Shown here: one piece after another, positions 1 through 9,978 of the stretch | Numbering within the stretch: the stretch's first letter is position 1 | How the letters are laid out: each line of letters starts with the position of its first letter | DNA from: Alistipes sp. | Lineage (GTDB): Bacteria; Bacteroidota; Bacteroidia; Bacteroidales; Rikenellaceae | Assembly (NCBI GenBank): GCA_045654145.1 | Contig: JAZOMS010000002.1 | Location: 1 to 38,982, forward strand | Length of the DNA: 38,982 nucleotides | Reading direction: 5' to 3' | Program-made: the position numbers and the translations under genes | Notes under the pieces: generated by a model | Seen by the model: only the letters and a program-made list of their open reading frames with translations | What the model was told of the DNA's origin: nothing | The model's database searches: none

Positions 1-837
1 CATCTGCTGTTTGCGGGCCATCGAGAGGGTGATGCGCGAGAATTGATCGTTGATCTTGTGGAATTTCGAGCGCATAATGTCGATGGCATTGTAGCTACGC
101 ACGATCTTAACGCCAGTCAGTGATTCGTCGATCACGCTGACCATCTCGCCCATACTCTCCTGACCCTTGCGGGCGGGGTGGCGCAGACGCTTGACGATAG
201 TGCCGATGATGACTGCGACGATCGGCAGATAGATGGCTGCGAAGATGCTCAGATCCATCGAGATTTGCAACATTCCGATCAGGTAGCCGACAATGAGCAG
301 CGGGTCGCGGAAGGCCACCTGCAAGGTGTTGGTGATGCAGAACTGCACGACCATCACGTCCGAGGTGATCTTCGAGATGATGTCGCCCTTGCGCTCGTTG
401 CTGAAAAAGCCCACGTGCAGACCCATCACGTTGTCAAAGACCGAGTTACGGATGCGTTGCAGCGTGCGGATACGCATCTTCTCCATCGTCCACTGCGCCA
501 AGTAGCGCGACAGGTTGCTGATGAAGGCCGATGCCGAGATGATCACTGCCAGCACTACCATAACGTCGATAGCCGAAAAGTCAGAGCCGTGAATCAGATA
601 GAGCAAGTGCCCTACGAAGGCGTAGAAGTAGTCCATTGTCAATTCGAGCGGAGGCAGAGTCTCGATCGCCGCAATCTGATTGACACCCTCGACATTGAAC
701 AGCGCACTGACGATCGGGATGATCATCACGAAGTTGAAGGTGTTGAAAATGGCGTAGAAGATCGAAAAAATGAGGTATGGTATAGCGTATTTTTCGATTG
801 GTCGGGCAAAGCCAAGCAGTCGTAAATATGTTTTCAT
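1..837 (-). CDS. ABC exporter, MsbA-like fused permease/ATPase; N-terminal TM domain, runs off the window start
   Basis: Translated by hand (absent from the ORF track because there is no stop in the window): MKTYLRLLGFARPIEKYAIPY...LHVGFFSNERKGDIISKITSDV...DESLTGVKIVRSYNA, typical ABC_membrane motifs; ATG at 837. Confidence 0.9.
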   Translation of the reverse strand, partial: MKTYLRLLGFARPIEKYAIPYLIFSIFYAIFNTFNFVMIIPIVSALFNVEGVNQIAAIETLPPLELTMDYFYAFVGHLLYLIHGSDFSAIDVMVVLAVIISASAFISNLSRYLAQWTMEKMRIRTLQRIRNSVFDNVMGLHVGFFSNERKGDIISKITSDVMVVQFCITNTLQVAFRDPLLIVGYLIGMLQISMDLSIFAAIYLPIVAVIIGTIVKRLRHPARKGQESMGEMVSVIDESLTGVKIVRSYNAIDIMRSKFHKINDQFSRITLSMARKQQM

Positions 838-875
838 CGCGTTAAAAAGTCGAATACTTTGATTAATATAGGCCA

Positions 876-912
876 CAAATTTACGATTTTCCCAATAAAT
901 TCTCTAATTTTG
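876..912. promoter_or_regulatory. Divergent Bacteroidota sigma-A -7 elements for the ABC exporter (-) and trpS (+)
   Basis: TAAATTTG on minus (876-883) and TAATTTTG on plus (905-912), both matching TAnnTTTG. Confidence 0.65.
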
Positions 913-953
913 CGCTAAATTTGATAAACATAAACACAAAATATACCAATATT

Positions 954-1943
954 ATGGAAACAGTATTGAGCGGAATCCGCCCCACCGGACAGTTGCACTT
1001 GGGTAACTACTTCGGCGCACTTCGTAACTTCACTAAGATGCAGCACACCGACCGTTGCTTCTTTTTTATAGCTGACTACCACGCGCTTACCACGCATCCC
1101 GATCCCGCGTCGTTGCACGGTAACGTACGCAATATTTTGGCCGAGTATCTCGCCGCAGGTCTCGATCCAGAGGTGGCTACGATCTACGTTCAGAGCGATG
1201 TGCCGGAGGTGGCCGAGCTGTCGTTGTTGCTCTCGATGCACGCCTATGTGGGCGAGTTGGAGCGCACAGCATCGTTCAAGGACAAGGTGCGCAAGAACCC
1301 CAACAACGTCAATGCAGGTCTGTTGTGCTATCCCGTGCTGATGGCATCGGATATTCTTCTGCACCGTGCAACTCGCGTGCCCGTGGGTAAGGATCAGGAG
1401 CAGCACTTGGAGTTAACTCGCCTCTACGCTCGTCGATTCAACTCGATTTATGGCGTGGAGTTCTTCCCCGAGAGCCAGCCCTACAACTTCGGCGAGGAGC
1501 TGATCAAGATCCCCGGTCTTGACGGTAGCGGCAAGATGGGTAAGAGCGAGGGTAACTGCATCTACCTCTCGGACGACGATAAGGTGATCCGCAAGAAGGT
1601 GATGAAGGCCGTAACGGATTCGGGTCCGACCGAGCCCAACTCGCCCATTTCGGAGCCCGTAGCTAACATTTTTGCCATTATGAAGGCAGTTTCGGATCCC
1701 GATACCATTCAATTCTTCAAAGAACGGTATGCAGATTGCTCGATTCGCTATGGCGACTTGAAGAAGCAGCTGGCTGAGGATATCATCCGCACTGTTGCTC
1801 CCATTCGCGAGCGCATCAAGGAGATCTATGCCGACGAGGCATACCTGAGCCGCGTGGTTGCCGAGGGTGCCGAGAAGGCTCGCGAGAGTGCCGCAGCAAC
1901 GGTTGCTGAGGTGCGTCGCATTATGGGTATTCACCGAATGTAA
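954..1943 (+). CDS. trpS: Tryptophan--tRNA ligase
   Basis: SGIRPTGQLHLGNY (HIGH-like), VPVGKDQEQH, KMGKS; ATG at 954 preferred over the TTG at 921. Confidence 0.97.
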   Translation: METVLSGIRPTGQLHLGNYFGALRNFTKMQHTDRCFFFIADYHALTTHPDPASLHGNVRNILAEYLAAGLDPEVATIYVQSDVPEVAELSLLLSMHAYVGELERTASFKDKVRKNPNNVNAGLLCYPVLMASDILLHRATRVPVGKDQEQHLELTRLYARRFNSIYGVEFFPESQPYNFGEELIKIPGLDGSGKMGKSEGNCIYLSDDDKVIRKKVMKAVTDSGPTEPNSPISEPVANIFAIMKAVSDPDTIQFFKERYADCSIRYGDLKKQLAEDIIRTVAPIRERIKEIYADEAYLSRVVAEGAEKARESAAATVAEVRRIMGIHRM

Positions 1944-1967
1944 ACCAAATCGAAAACAGAATAGACT

Positions 1968-3767
1968 ATGGCGCGACGACGCTACGATAAGTTCTATCAA
2001 TACTACTTGTGGCTGACCCACCGCCTGACCGATCGTCAATTGATGATGGTCTTGGCCGTTGTGGTGGGTTTAGCGGCAGGCTTGGGTACGTATATCTTCG
2101 AGATATTGTTGCATTTCATCCGCGAGGGGTTGGTCAATTGGTTCCCCGCCGAGCGTGCACAATTCCTCTATCTGATCTACCCAGCGGTGGGTATCATTCT
2201 GGCTACGTTGTTTGTCAAGTATGTAGTCAAGGATAATATCTCGGAGGGTGTTACGCGTGTGCTCTACGCTATGTCGCGTAGTAACTCGCGTATTCGTAGC
2301 CACAACTGCTGGTCGTCGGTCGTTGGAGGTGCAACGACCATCGGTTTCGGTGGTTCGGTCGGTCCTGAGGCTCCGATCGTGCTGACGGGTGCTGCCATCG
2401 GCTCGAATATCGGTAAGTTGGCGCGATTGAACTATAAGAATGTAACCCTGCTCTTGTGTTGCGGTGCGGGTGCGGCGTTGGCGTCGATATTCAAAGCTCC
2501 GATCACGGGTGTGGTCTTCGTGTTGGAGATCCTGATGCTGGACATTACCATCGGCTCGGTTACGCCACTGCTGATCGCCTCGCTGTCGGCTACGACGCTG
2601 GCACTGATGTTGCGCGGTTTCGATCCGATACTGCCCGTAACTCTCTCGGTTGCAGATAAGTTTGAACTGGCGCAGATCCCGATGTTCATCATTTTGGGCG
2701 TGTTGTGCGGATTGATGTCGTTCTACTTTACGTCGGTCAATACGGCAGTGGGTCGCTTCTTCCGCCGCTTCGATTCGCAATATAAGAAGTGGGCTGTGGG
2801 TGGCGTGCTGATTGGTGTGTTGATCTTCATCTTCCCGCCGCTCTATGGCGAGGGTTACGAGGCGATGACGGCACTGATGAGGGGCGAAACACACTCGCTG
2901 TTCGACAATTCGTTGTTCTTCCGTTTCAGTTCAATCGAGTGGGTGGTGATTCTGTTCGTCGTGGCGACAATGTTGTTCAAAGTGGTGGCTATGGCGGCAA
3001 CCAACTCGGCAGGTGGTGTGGGTGGTACGTTCGCACCGTCGCTGTTTGTCGGCTCGTTCATTGGCGCGCTGACGGCATTGGTATTCAATATCATCTTCCG
3101 CTGGTTGGGTATTGATATGCAACTCTCGATCGTATCGTTCACGCTGGTGGGTATGGCGGGCGTAATGGCGGGTGTGATGAATGCACCGCTGACCTCGATA
3201 TTCCTCATCGCTGAGCTGTCGAACGGCTACGAACTATTTATCCCGCTGATGATTACAGCGTCGATCTCGTTCGCGCTTGATTACTACCTCAATCCCGACT
3301 CGATCTACACCAAGCAGCTGCGTGAGCGAGGCGAACTGCTGACCCACAATAAGGATCAGTCGGTGCTGGTCTTCCTGCATATCGACCGATTGATGGAGAC
3401 CGACTTCCTGCGTATCGATGAGTCGTTCACGTTGGGCGACATCGTGAAGATCATCTCGAAGGCTCACCGCAACATCTTCCCTGTGGTCGATGACGATGAC
3501 GACCTGCTGGGTGTGGTGCAGTTGGATGATCTGCGTGCCGATATGTTCGACCGCGACAAATATTCGACCCCGATTACTCACTATATGATCCAGCCGCCTG
3601 ACAAGATTCTGCCTCAGGAGCAGATGCAGAGTGTGTTGGAGAAGTTCGAGGATAACAAGACGTGGATGTTGCCCGTGGTCGATAAGCAGAACCACTATCT
3701 GGGCTTTATCTCGAAGTCGCGCATTTTGGCAGCTTACCGCGAGCAGTTGGTTGAGATCAGCCAGTAA
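1968..3767 (+). CDS. ClC chloride channel / Cl-:H+ antiporter with C-terminal CBS pair
   Basis: GGSVGPEAP (gating Glu), FKAPITGVVFVLE, GGTFAPSL, SIYT; CBS-like FPVVD and LPVVD. Confidence 0.93.
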   Translation: MARRRYDKFYQYYLWLTHRLTDRQLMMVLAVVVGLAAGLGTYIFEILLHFIREGLVNWFPAERAQFLYLIYPAVGIILATLFVKYVVKDNISEGVTRVLYAMSRSNSRIRSHNCWSSVVGGATTIGFGGSVGPEAPIVLTGAAIGSNIGKLARLNYKNVTLLLCCGAGAALASIFKAPITGVVFVLEILMLDITIGSVTPLLIASLSATTLALMLRGFDPILPVTLSVADKFELAQIPMFIILGVLCGLMSFYFTSVNTAVGRFFRRFDSQYKKWAVGGVLIGVLIFIFPPLYGEGYEAMTALMRGETHSLFDNSLFFRFSSIEWVVILFVVATMLFKVVAMAATNSAGGVGGTFAPSLFVGSFIGALTALVFNIIFRWLGIDMQLSIVSFTLVGMAGVMAGVMNAPLTSIFLIAELSNGYELFIPLMITASISFALDYYLNPDSIYTKQLRERGELLTHNKDQSVLVFLHIDRLMETDFLRIDESFTLGDIVKIISKAHRNIFPVVDDDDDLLGVVQLDDLRADMFDRDKYSTPITHYMIQPPDKILPQEQMQSVLEKFEDNKTWMLPVVDKQNHYLGFISKSRILAAYREQLVEISQ

Positions 3768-3808
3768 CCTATCGTCAATCAACAATTGTCAATCAACGCT
3801 GACCCATT

Positions 3809-4963
3809 ATGAAAGCCCTTTCACGAATCGTAGCTATGCTGTGTGCGCTTGCTTTTGTGGCGTGCGCGGGGGAGCCTACGCGCTCGTTGGAGGAGTTCTC
3901 GACAACGGTCTATGAGCCTCGCCACGCAACGGGATTCGATCTGAGCGGAGCCGAAGGGGTGTCAAGCGTGGTCATCACGGCACGCAACCCGTGGCAGGGT
4001 GCCGAGGGGGTCGAGAAACGACTTTTCATCGCGCGCAATGGCGAACTTCCCCCCGAAGGATTCGATGGCCAGGTGGTTGAGGGTGCGGCAGAGCGAGTGG
4101 TTTGTATGTCATCGACCTATGTGGCGATGATCGATGCGCTCGGATGCACGGAGCGAGTGGTTGGCGTGTCGGGCATCGACTTTATATATAATGCGCGCGT
4201 ACGCGAGGCAGCCTCTGAGGGTCGTGTGCGCGATGTGGGGCACGATTCGGATATCAATTTCGAGTTGCTGCTTACGCTGCGCCCCGATCTGGTGCTGATC
4301 TATGGCGTTGCGGGCGAGAACGGAGTGGCAAATGCCAAACTCGACGAGTTGGGTGTTCCCTATTTCTATTTGGGCGATTACGTCGAGGAGTCGCCGCTGG
4401 GCAAGGCTGAGTGGATGGTTGTGGTGGCTGAGATACTCGGTGTGCGCGAGCGTGGCGTGGAGCTCTTCGAGGGCATCGAGAACCGCTACATCGAACTGCG
4501 TGAGCGTGTAGCCGAGAGTACAACAGAGCGCCCGACGGTGATGTTCAATACCCCCTATCGCGATACGTGGTATATGCCCTCGAAAAGGAGCTATGCCGTT
4601 CAGTTGGTGGAGGATGCAGGTGGTCGATACATCTACGACGGTAACTCCGGCACCGCGTCGCAGCCCATCGACTTGGAGCAGGCATACGTGCTCACGCGCG
4701 AGGCTGACTATTGGATCAACGTAGGGCAGTATGACTCGCTCGATGCGCTGCATAGAGCCTATCCACGATTTGCAGATGCTCGTGCGGTGCGCGAAGGTCG
4801 GGTATATTCAGCCGATCGACGCACGACCGAGAGGGGCGGTAGCGATTTCTGGGAGTCGGCCGTGGTCAATCCCGATGTGGTGCTGAGCGATCTGGTGGCG
4901 ATTCTGCACCCCGAACTGAACCTTGTTAGCGAGGAGCTAACCTACTATAAACGAATCGAATAA
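3809..4963 (+). CDS. ABC transporter substrate-binding lipoprotein, BtuF/FecB class (cobalamin or iron complex)
   Basis: Lipobox FVAC; RVVCMSST, LRPDLVL, EESPLGKAEW, DFWESAVVNPDVVLSDL. Confidence 0.85.
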   Translation: MKALSRIVAMLCALAFVACAGEPTRSLEEFSTTVYEPRHATGFDLSGAEGVSSVVITARNPWQGAEGVEKRLFIARNGELPPEGFDGQVVEGAAERVVCMSSTYVAMIDALGCTERVVGVSGIDFIYNARVREAASEGRVRDVGHDSDINFELLLTLRPDLVLIYGVAGENGVANAKLDELGVPYFYLGDYVEESPLGKAEWMVVVAEILGVRERGVELFEGIENRYIELRERVAESTTERPTVMFNTPYRDTWYMPSKRSYAVQLVEDAGGRYIYDGNSGTASQPIDLEQAYVLTREADYWINVGQYDSLDALHRAYPRFADARAVREGRVYSADRRTTERGGSDFWESAVVNPDVVLSDLVAILHPELNLVSEELTYYKRIE

Positions 4964-5964
4964 TGACCCGTAATAGATTGCTTTTCACTCTGTTGGCGCT
5001 GGCGTGTGTGGCGTTGTTCTTGGCCGATGTAGCTTTGGGCTCGACCGACATCGCACTGCGTGATGTGTGGGCATCGCTCACGGGAGGCGAGGTCGATGGG
5101 GTGGTGCGCGATATTGTGCTCAAAATTCGACTAACAAAGGCTGTTGTGGCGGTGGCGGCAGGTGCGTCATTGGCGGCAAGTGGCTTGGCGATGCAGACTC
5201 TGTTCCGCAATCCGCTGGCAGGTCCATACGTGTTGGGTGTGTCGTCGGGTGCGAGCTTGGGTGTTGCGCTCTTTCTGCTGGGGGCTCCGCTGTTGGGCGT
5301 GGCGGGCGGATCGATGATGCAGACCGTCGGATTGGCGGGTGCGGCGTGGATCGGCTCGGCTGCAATTTTGACAATGGTGCTTGCGGTGAGCCGCCACATT
5401 AAAGATATAATGGTTATTCTGATACTCGGAATGATGTTCTCGTCGGCGGTTGATTCGTTGGTGCAGATACTTCAATATTTGAGCGATGAGGCTGCATTGA
5501 AGGCATTCGTGGTATGGACTATGGGGTCGTTGGGCGACGTTACGGGGCGCGAGTTGGTGTTGATGTTGCCCGTAGTGGCGTTGGGTTTGGTGCTCTCGGT
5601 AGCGTCGATCAAATCGCTCAATCTGCTGCTTTTGGGCGAGAACTATGCCCGCACGATGGGACTCAATGTGCGCCGATCGAGGGTGCTGATCCTCTCGGCA
5701 ACGGTGCTGCTGGCGGGTACGGTAACGGCCTTCTGCGGTCCGATCGGATTCATCGGTTTGGCTGTTCCACACGTGGCACGAATGGTGTTCGCCTCGGCCG
5801 ACCATCGCACGCTGATGCCTGCATCGATGTTGATCGGAGCGGTGGTGCTGTTGCTTTGCGATTTGATATCCAAACAGTTGGGATTCCCCGTAAATACTAT
5901 CACGGCACTGCTCGGTATTCCGATCGTGGTGCTGGTTGTTGTACGTAAAAAGAGTCTGTTCTAA
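4963..5964 (+). CDS. FecCD/BtuC-family ABC permease
   Basis: MQTLFRNPLAGPYVLGVSSGA, LGENYARTMG (EAA loop), GPIGFIGLAVPH. Confidence 0.93.
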   Translation: MTRNRLLFTLLALACVALFLADVALGSTDIALRDVWASLTGGEVDGVVRDIVLKIRLTKAVVAVAAGASLAASGLAMQTLFRNPLAGPYVLGVSSGASLGVALFLLGAPLLGVAGGSMMQTVGLAGAAWIGSAAILTMVLAVSRHIKDIMVILILGMMFSSAVDSLVQILQYLSDEAALKAFVVWTMGSLGDVTGRELVLMLPVVALGLVLSVASIKSLNLLLLGENYARTMGLNVRRSRVLILSATVLLAGTVTAFCGPIGFIGLAVPHVARMVFASADHRTLMPASMLIGAVVLLLCDLISKQLGFPVNTITALLGIPIVVLVVVRKKSLF

Positions 5965-5966
5965 CG

Positions 5967-6677
5967 ATGATACGTCTCGAAAACATAACGCTCGGTTACG
6001 GTTCGCGCCGTCTGCTCGATGGTGTTACGACTCGCTTTGAGGCGGGTCGGCTGACGGCACTCATCGGTCGCAATGGTGCTGGCAAGAGTACCTTGTTGCG
6101 CGCGCTGGCGGGGTTGGAGCCGTTGCAGGCGGGTGCGATCACGATTGGAGGGCAATCGATAGCCGATCTTGATGGGGCGGAGGCGGCACGATGGGTGGCA
6201 TTTGTGGCTACGGATAAGGTGCGCATCGCCAATCTGCCGTGTGAGGATCTGGTGGCGATGGGACGTGCGCCTTACACCAATTGGATTGGTCGTTTGCAGG
6301 CGGTCGATCGTGAAATTGTGGCCGATGCATTGATCAAGGTGGGTATGTCGGATTTTGCCCGCAAGACGATGGATCGTATGTCGGACGGTGAGTGCCAGCG
6401 CGTTATGATTGCTCGTGCGTTGGCTCAGCAGACTCCCGTGATCTTGCTCGACGAGCCGACTGCATTTCTCGATATGCCCAATCGCTATGAACTCTGCCGC
6501 TTGTTGCAACGCTTGGCGCACGACGAGCAGAAGGTGATTATCTTCTCGACGCACGAGTTGGATATCGCTACGAAGATGTGCGACTCGATCGCGCTGCTCG
6601 ATACCCCGCAGTTGCTGCACCAAACCTCCTCGGATATGGTTGCAGGTGGTGCGATCGAGCGGTTGTTCGGGATATAG
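5967..6677 (+). CDS. ABC ATP-binding protein, BtuD/FecE class
   Basis: Walker A GRNGAGKST, signature MSDGECQR, Walker B ILLDEPT, H-loop STH. Confidence 0.93.
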   Translation: MIRLENITLGYGSRRLLDGVTTRFEAGRLTALIGRNGAGKSTLLRALAGLEPLQAGAITIGGQSIADLDGAEAARWVAFVATDKVRIANLPCEDLVAMGRAPYTNWIGRLQAVDREIVADALIKVGMSDFARKTMDRMSDGECQRVMIARALAQQTPVILLDEPTAFLDMPNRYELCRLLQRLAHDEQKVIIFSTHELDIATKMCDSIALLDTPQLLHQTSSDMVAGGAIERLFGI

Positions 6678-6729
6678 TGTATAAATCAAGATTTTGGATA
6701 ACAAAAATTGAAGTTCGACGTTATTTTAG

Positions 6730-6737
6730 TACATTTG
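6730..6737 (+). promoter_or_regulatory. Bacteroidota -7 promoter element upstream of the DUF2723 gene
   Basis: TACATTTG matches TAnnTTTG, 33 nt before ATG 6771. Confidence 0.55.
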
Positions 6738-6770
6738 TCGATTGGAATCACGCGAATAGAATATCAAAAT

Positions 6771-9700
6771 ATGAATAATTTCAAGAAACTCAACAATTTA
6801 GTCGGTTGGATCGTCTTCGCCGTTGCAACGATGGTCTATCTGCTGACGATGGAGCCGACCGCAAGCCTTTGGGACTGCGCCGAGTTCATCGCTACGTCAT
6901 ACAAACTCGAAGTGGGACACCCTCCCGGTGCTCCGCTCTTTATGATGTTGGCACGTCTGTTTATGCTCTTTGCGCCCTCGACCGCATCGCTGGCCGCAAT
7001 GGTCAATACGATGTCGTCGGTGGCAAGCGGTTTCTGCATCCTGTTTCTCTTCTGGACAATCACCCACCTCGCACGACGTATCTACACGGCAGGTGGTCGA
7101 GAACTGACCTCTGGCTCGGTGTGGGCCGTTCTCGGTGCGGGTGCTGTGGGTGCGCTGGCCTATACATTCACCGATACCTTCTGGTTCTCGGCTGTCGAGG
7201 GTGAGGTCTATGCTCTCTCGTCGATGTTTACGCCGCTGGTGGTGTGGGCGATGCTCAAATGGGAGGATGTGGCCGACGAGCCGCACGCCAACCGCTGGTT
7301 GATCCTGATTGCCTACCTGATGGGTCTGTCGATCGGTGTGCATATCCTGAACCTGCTGACTATCCCTGCATTGGTATTCATCTACTACTACCGCAAGTGG
7401 CAGACCGTAACGATCAAAGGTGTCGTGGTGGCAACCTGCGTGGCTGGTGCAATTCTGGTGGCAGTCAATAGCATAATCATCCCCTATACGGTGGCTGTGG
7501 GAGCTGCGGTCGATCGTCTGTTTGTCAATACGTTGGGTCTGCCCGTCAATTCGGGTATGGTCTTCTTTGTCTTTGCACTCTTTGCGGCGTTGGGAGCAGC
7601 TGTGTGGTTTACCCACAAGCGTGGCAAAGTGTTGCTCAATACCATTGCGCTGGCCGTAACAGTCATTATGCTCGGTTACAGCTCGTATGCCTCGATGACT
7701 ATCCGTGCGGTGGCCAACCCCCCGATGAATAGCAACAACCCCAACAACCCCTATGCGCTGTTGTCGGTGCTGAATCGTGATCAATATGGTGCGCGTCCGT
7801 TGCTCTACGGAGCATACTACTCGACACCGATCGTCGATGTTACGACCAAGAGGATCTATTATGTCGGTAGCGATGGCAAATATACCTCGAAGGAGGTTCT
7901 GGATGGTTATACATTCCCCGACGAGCATAAGCATATCTTCCCACGTATGTGGAATGCTCACAAGAGCGAGAGCGAGTATCAGGCGTGGGCGTCGTATCGT
8001 ACCCGTACCGATTTCGCTCGCGACGACAAGGGTGAGATTATGCGTGATGAGGCGGGGCGTCCGATCAAGGTCGAGGTGCCCGATTTCGGCAAGCGTGTTA
8101 CCTTTCTGGACGAGAATGGTCAGCAGCGTTCGTTCGTCGAGCCGACCTTTGGTGAGAATCTGCACTTCTTCTTCTCATACCAGCTCAACTATATGTATTG
8201 GCGCTACTTCTTGTGGAACTTCGTAGGTCGTCAGAACGACCGTCAGGCAAGCGGTTCGACACTCACCGACGGTAATTGGCTGTCGGGTATCCGTTTCATT
8301 GACGAACTCTATCTCGGTCCGCAGGATGATATGCCCGATGATCTGGCTTCGAACAAGGGTCGCAATACCTACTTCTTCCTGCCCTTCCTGTTGGGTCTGT
8401 TGGGTCTGATCTATCAGCTCAACCGCGATCAGAAGAACTTCTCGATCGTGATGTGGTTGTTCATTATGATGGGTATTGCGCTGGTAGTCTATTTCAATAC
8501 CTCGCCCTCGGAGCCGCGCGAACGCGACTATGTCTATGCTGGCTCGTTCTACGCCTTCTCGATCTGGATCGGTCTGGGTGTGCTGGCGGTGCGTGATGCT
8601 TTGGCTCGCCTGACGAAGCGCGACGGGGTGTCGATTGCAGCTGTGGCGACGGTGATCTGCTCCGTAGTGCCCACGATCTTGGCTGCTGAGAATTGGGACG
8701 ACCACGACCGCAGCCACCGCTACGTGGCACGCGACATCGGTAGCAACTATCTCGAATCGACCCTGCCCAACTCGATCATTCTCAACTTTGGCGATAATGA
8801 CACCTTCCCGCTGTGGTACAATCAGGAGGTTGAGGGTGTGCGCCCTGATGTGAAGGTGATGAATATGAGCTATTTGGGAGCTGAGTGGTATATCGACCAA
8901 ATGCGTATCCGTTCGAACGATGCAGCCCCCGTTCCGTTCACTCTGCCGCGCGAGAAATATACCTACTGTAACGAATTGGTACATATCGTCGATCGTTTTG
9001 AGCGTCCGGTTGATGTGGCCGATGTGATCGACTTTGTGGCGAGCGAGGATCGCCACTCGAAGGTGCAGCTCAACGATGGCAGTTGGAACGACTATATCCC
9101 TGCACGTCGCTTGGCTCTGCCTGTCAATAAGGAGAATGCGCTGGCAAGCGGTATCGTCAGCCAGAAGGATGCCCACCTGATGGTCGATACGGTCTATATC
9201 AACCTCTCGCAGGGCAAAAACTATATCGAGAAGAGCGAGTTGATGTTGCTCGATATGCTGGCTCACTTCGATTGGAAACGCCCGATCTATTTCACGCAGA
9301 TCTACTCGTTGCAGAAACTCGGTCTGCTGCCCTACTTGCAGTTCGATGGCTATGCCTACCGTCTGGTGCCGATCTATACGCCACTGGGTGGTCGCTACGA
9401 TGTGATCGGTCGCATCGACACCGACTACACCTACCCGCTGATGATGGATAAGTTTCGCTATGGCAATATCGCTGACGAGAGGGTCTATGTCGATGGTTTC
9501 GTAACCTATAACCTCAATGTGGCACACGCTCGCGATTCGTTTGCGGCGTTGGCTAAGCAGTTGGTGCGTGAGGGCGACAAGGAGCGCGCTTTGGAGGTGC
9601 TCGATGCGGGTGTTGAGCGCCTGCCGTTCACCAAGTTGGAGCACTCGGAGATGAGCACACTCCCGATCATCGAGGGTTATTATGAGGCAGGTGGCGTCGA

Positions 9701-9947
9701 GAAGGGCGATGCGATCTTGCGCGATTACGCAACGCTGCTGGTTGAGCACATCGACTACTATGCACGTTTCGATGGTCGCTTCTCGTCGCAGGTAGATCCC
9801 GTGCTGGACGAGAAGTTGGAGATCTACGAAATTCTCTATATGACGGCTGCACGCTATGGTCGCCGTGAGTTGGTTGCTGAGATGAACGACTTCTATCGCT
9901 CGATCGGTGTCGAGGAGGTCGATCTGATCCAGCTGACCGAGGAGTAG
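6771..9947 (+). CDS. DUF2723 / TMEM260-like (GT-C fold) membrane glycosyltransferase
   Basis: SLWDCAEFI, VGHPPGAP, AVEGEVYA, PRERDY, GDNDTFPLWY; many TM helices and a large soluble C-terminal domain; ATG at 6771. Confidence 0.88.
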   Translation: MNNFKKLNNLVGWIVFAVATMVYLLTMEPTASLWDCAEFIATSYKLEVGHPPGAPLFMMLARLFMLFAPSTASLAAMVNTMSSVASGFCILFLFWTITHLARRIYTAGGRELTSGSVWAVLGAGAVGALAYTFTDTFWFSAVEGEVYALSSMFTPLVVWAMLKWEDVADEPHANRWLILIAYLMGLSIGVHILNLLTIPALVFIYYYRKWQTVTIKGVVVATCVAGAILVAVNSIIIPYTVAVGAAVDRLFVNTLGLPVNSGMVFFVFALFAALGAAVWFTHKRGKVLLNTIALAVTVIMLGYSSYASMTIRAVANPPMNSNNPNNPYALLSVLNRDQYGARPLLYGAYYSTPIVDVTTKRIYYVGSDGKYTSKEVLDGYTFPDEHKHIFPRMWNAHKSESEYQAWASYRTRTDFARDDKGEIMRDEAGRPIKVEVPDFGKRVTFLDENGQQRSFVEPTFGENLHFFFSYQLNYMYWRYFLWNFVGRQNDRQASGSTLTDGNWLSGIRFIDELYLGPQDDMPDDLASNKGRNTYFFLPFLLGLLGLIYQLNRDQKNFSIVMWLFIMMGIALVVYFNTSPSEPRERDYVYAGSFYAFSIWIGLGVLAVRDALARLTKRDGVSIAAVATVICSVVPTILAAENWDDHDRSHRYVARDIGSNYLESTLPNSIILNFGDNDTFPLWYNQEVEGVRPDVKVMNMSYLGAEWYIDQMRIRSNDAAPVPFTLPREKYTYCNELVHIVDRFERPVDVADVIDFVASEDRHSKVQLNDGSWNDYIPARRLALPVNKENALASGIVSQKDAHLMVDTVYINLSQGKNYIEKSELMLLDMLAHFDWKRPIYFTQIYSLQKLGLLPYLQFDGYAYRLVPIYTPLGGRYDVIGRIDTDYTYPLMMDKFRYGNIADERVYVDGFVTYNLNVAHARDSFAALAKQLVREGDKERALEVLDAGVERLPFTKLEHSEMSTLPIIEGYYEAGGVEKGDAILRDYATLLVEHIDYYARFDGRFSSQVDPVLDEKLEIYEILYMTAARYGRRELVAEMNDFYRSIGVEEVDLIQLTEE

Positions 9948-9978
9948 TTAGTTGTACAAGATTCAAGAGTCAAAAAAT

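Noticed and set aside
178-825. 215-aa plus-strand ORF in the track
   Set aside because: Antisense shadow of the ABC exporter, which has clear family motifs
6897-9749. Long antisense ORFs (422 aa, 524 aa; likewise 20150-21355, 26043-27146 and others)
   Set aside because: They mirror well-supported genes codon for codon, have no motifs, and are expected from the codon bias
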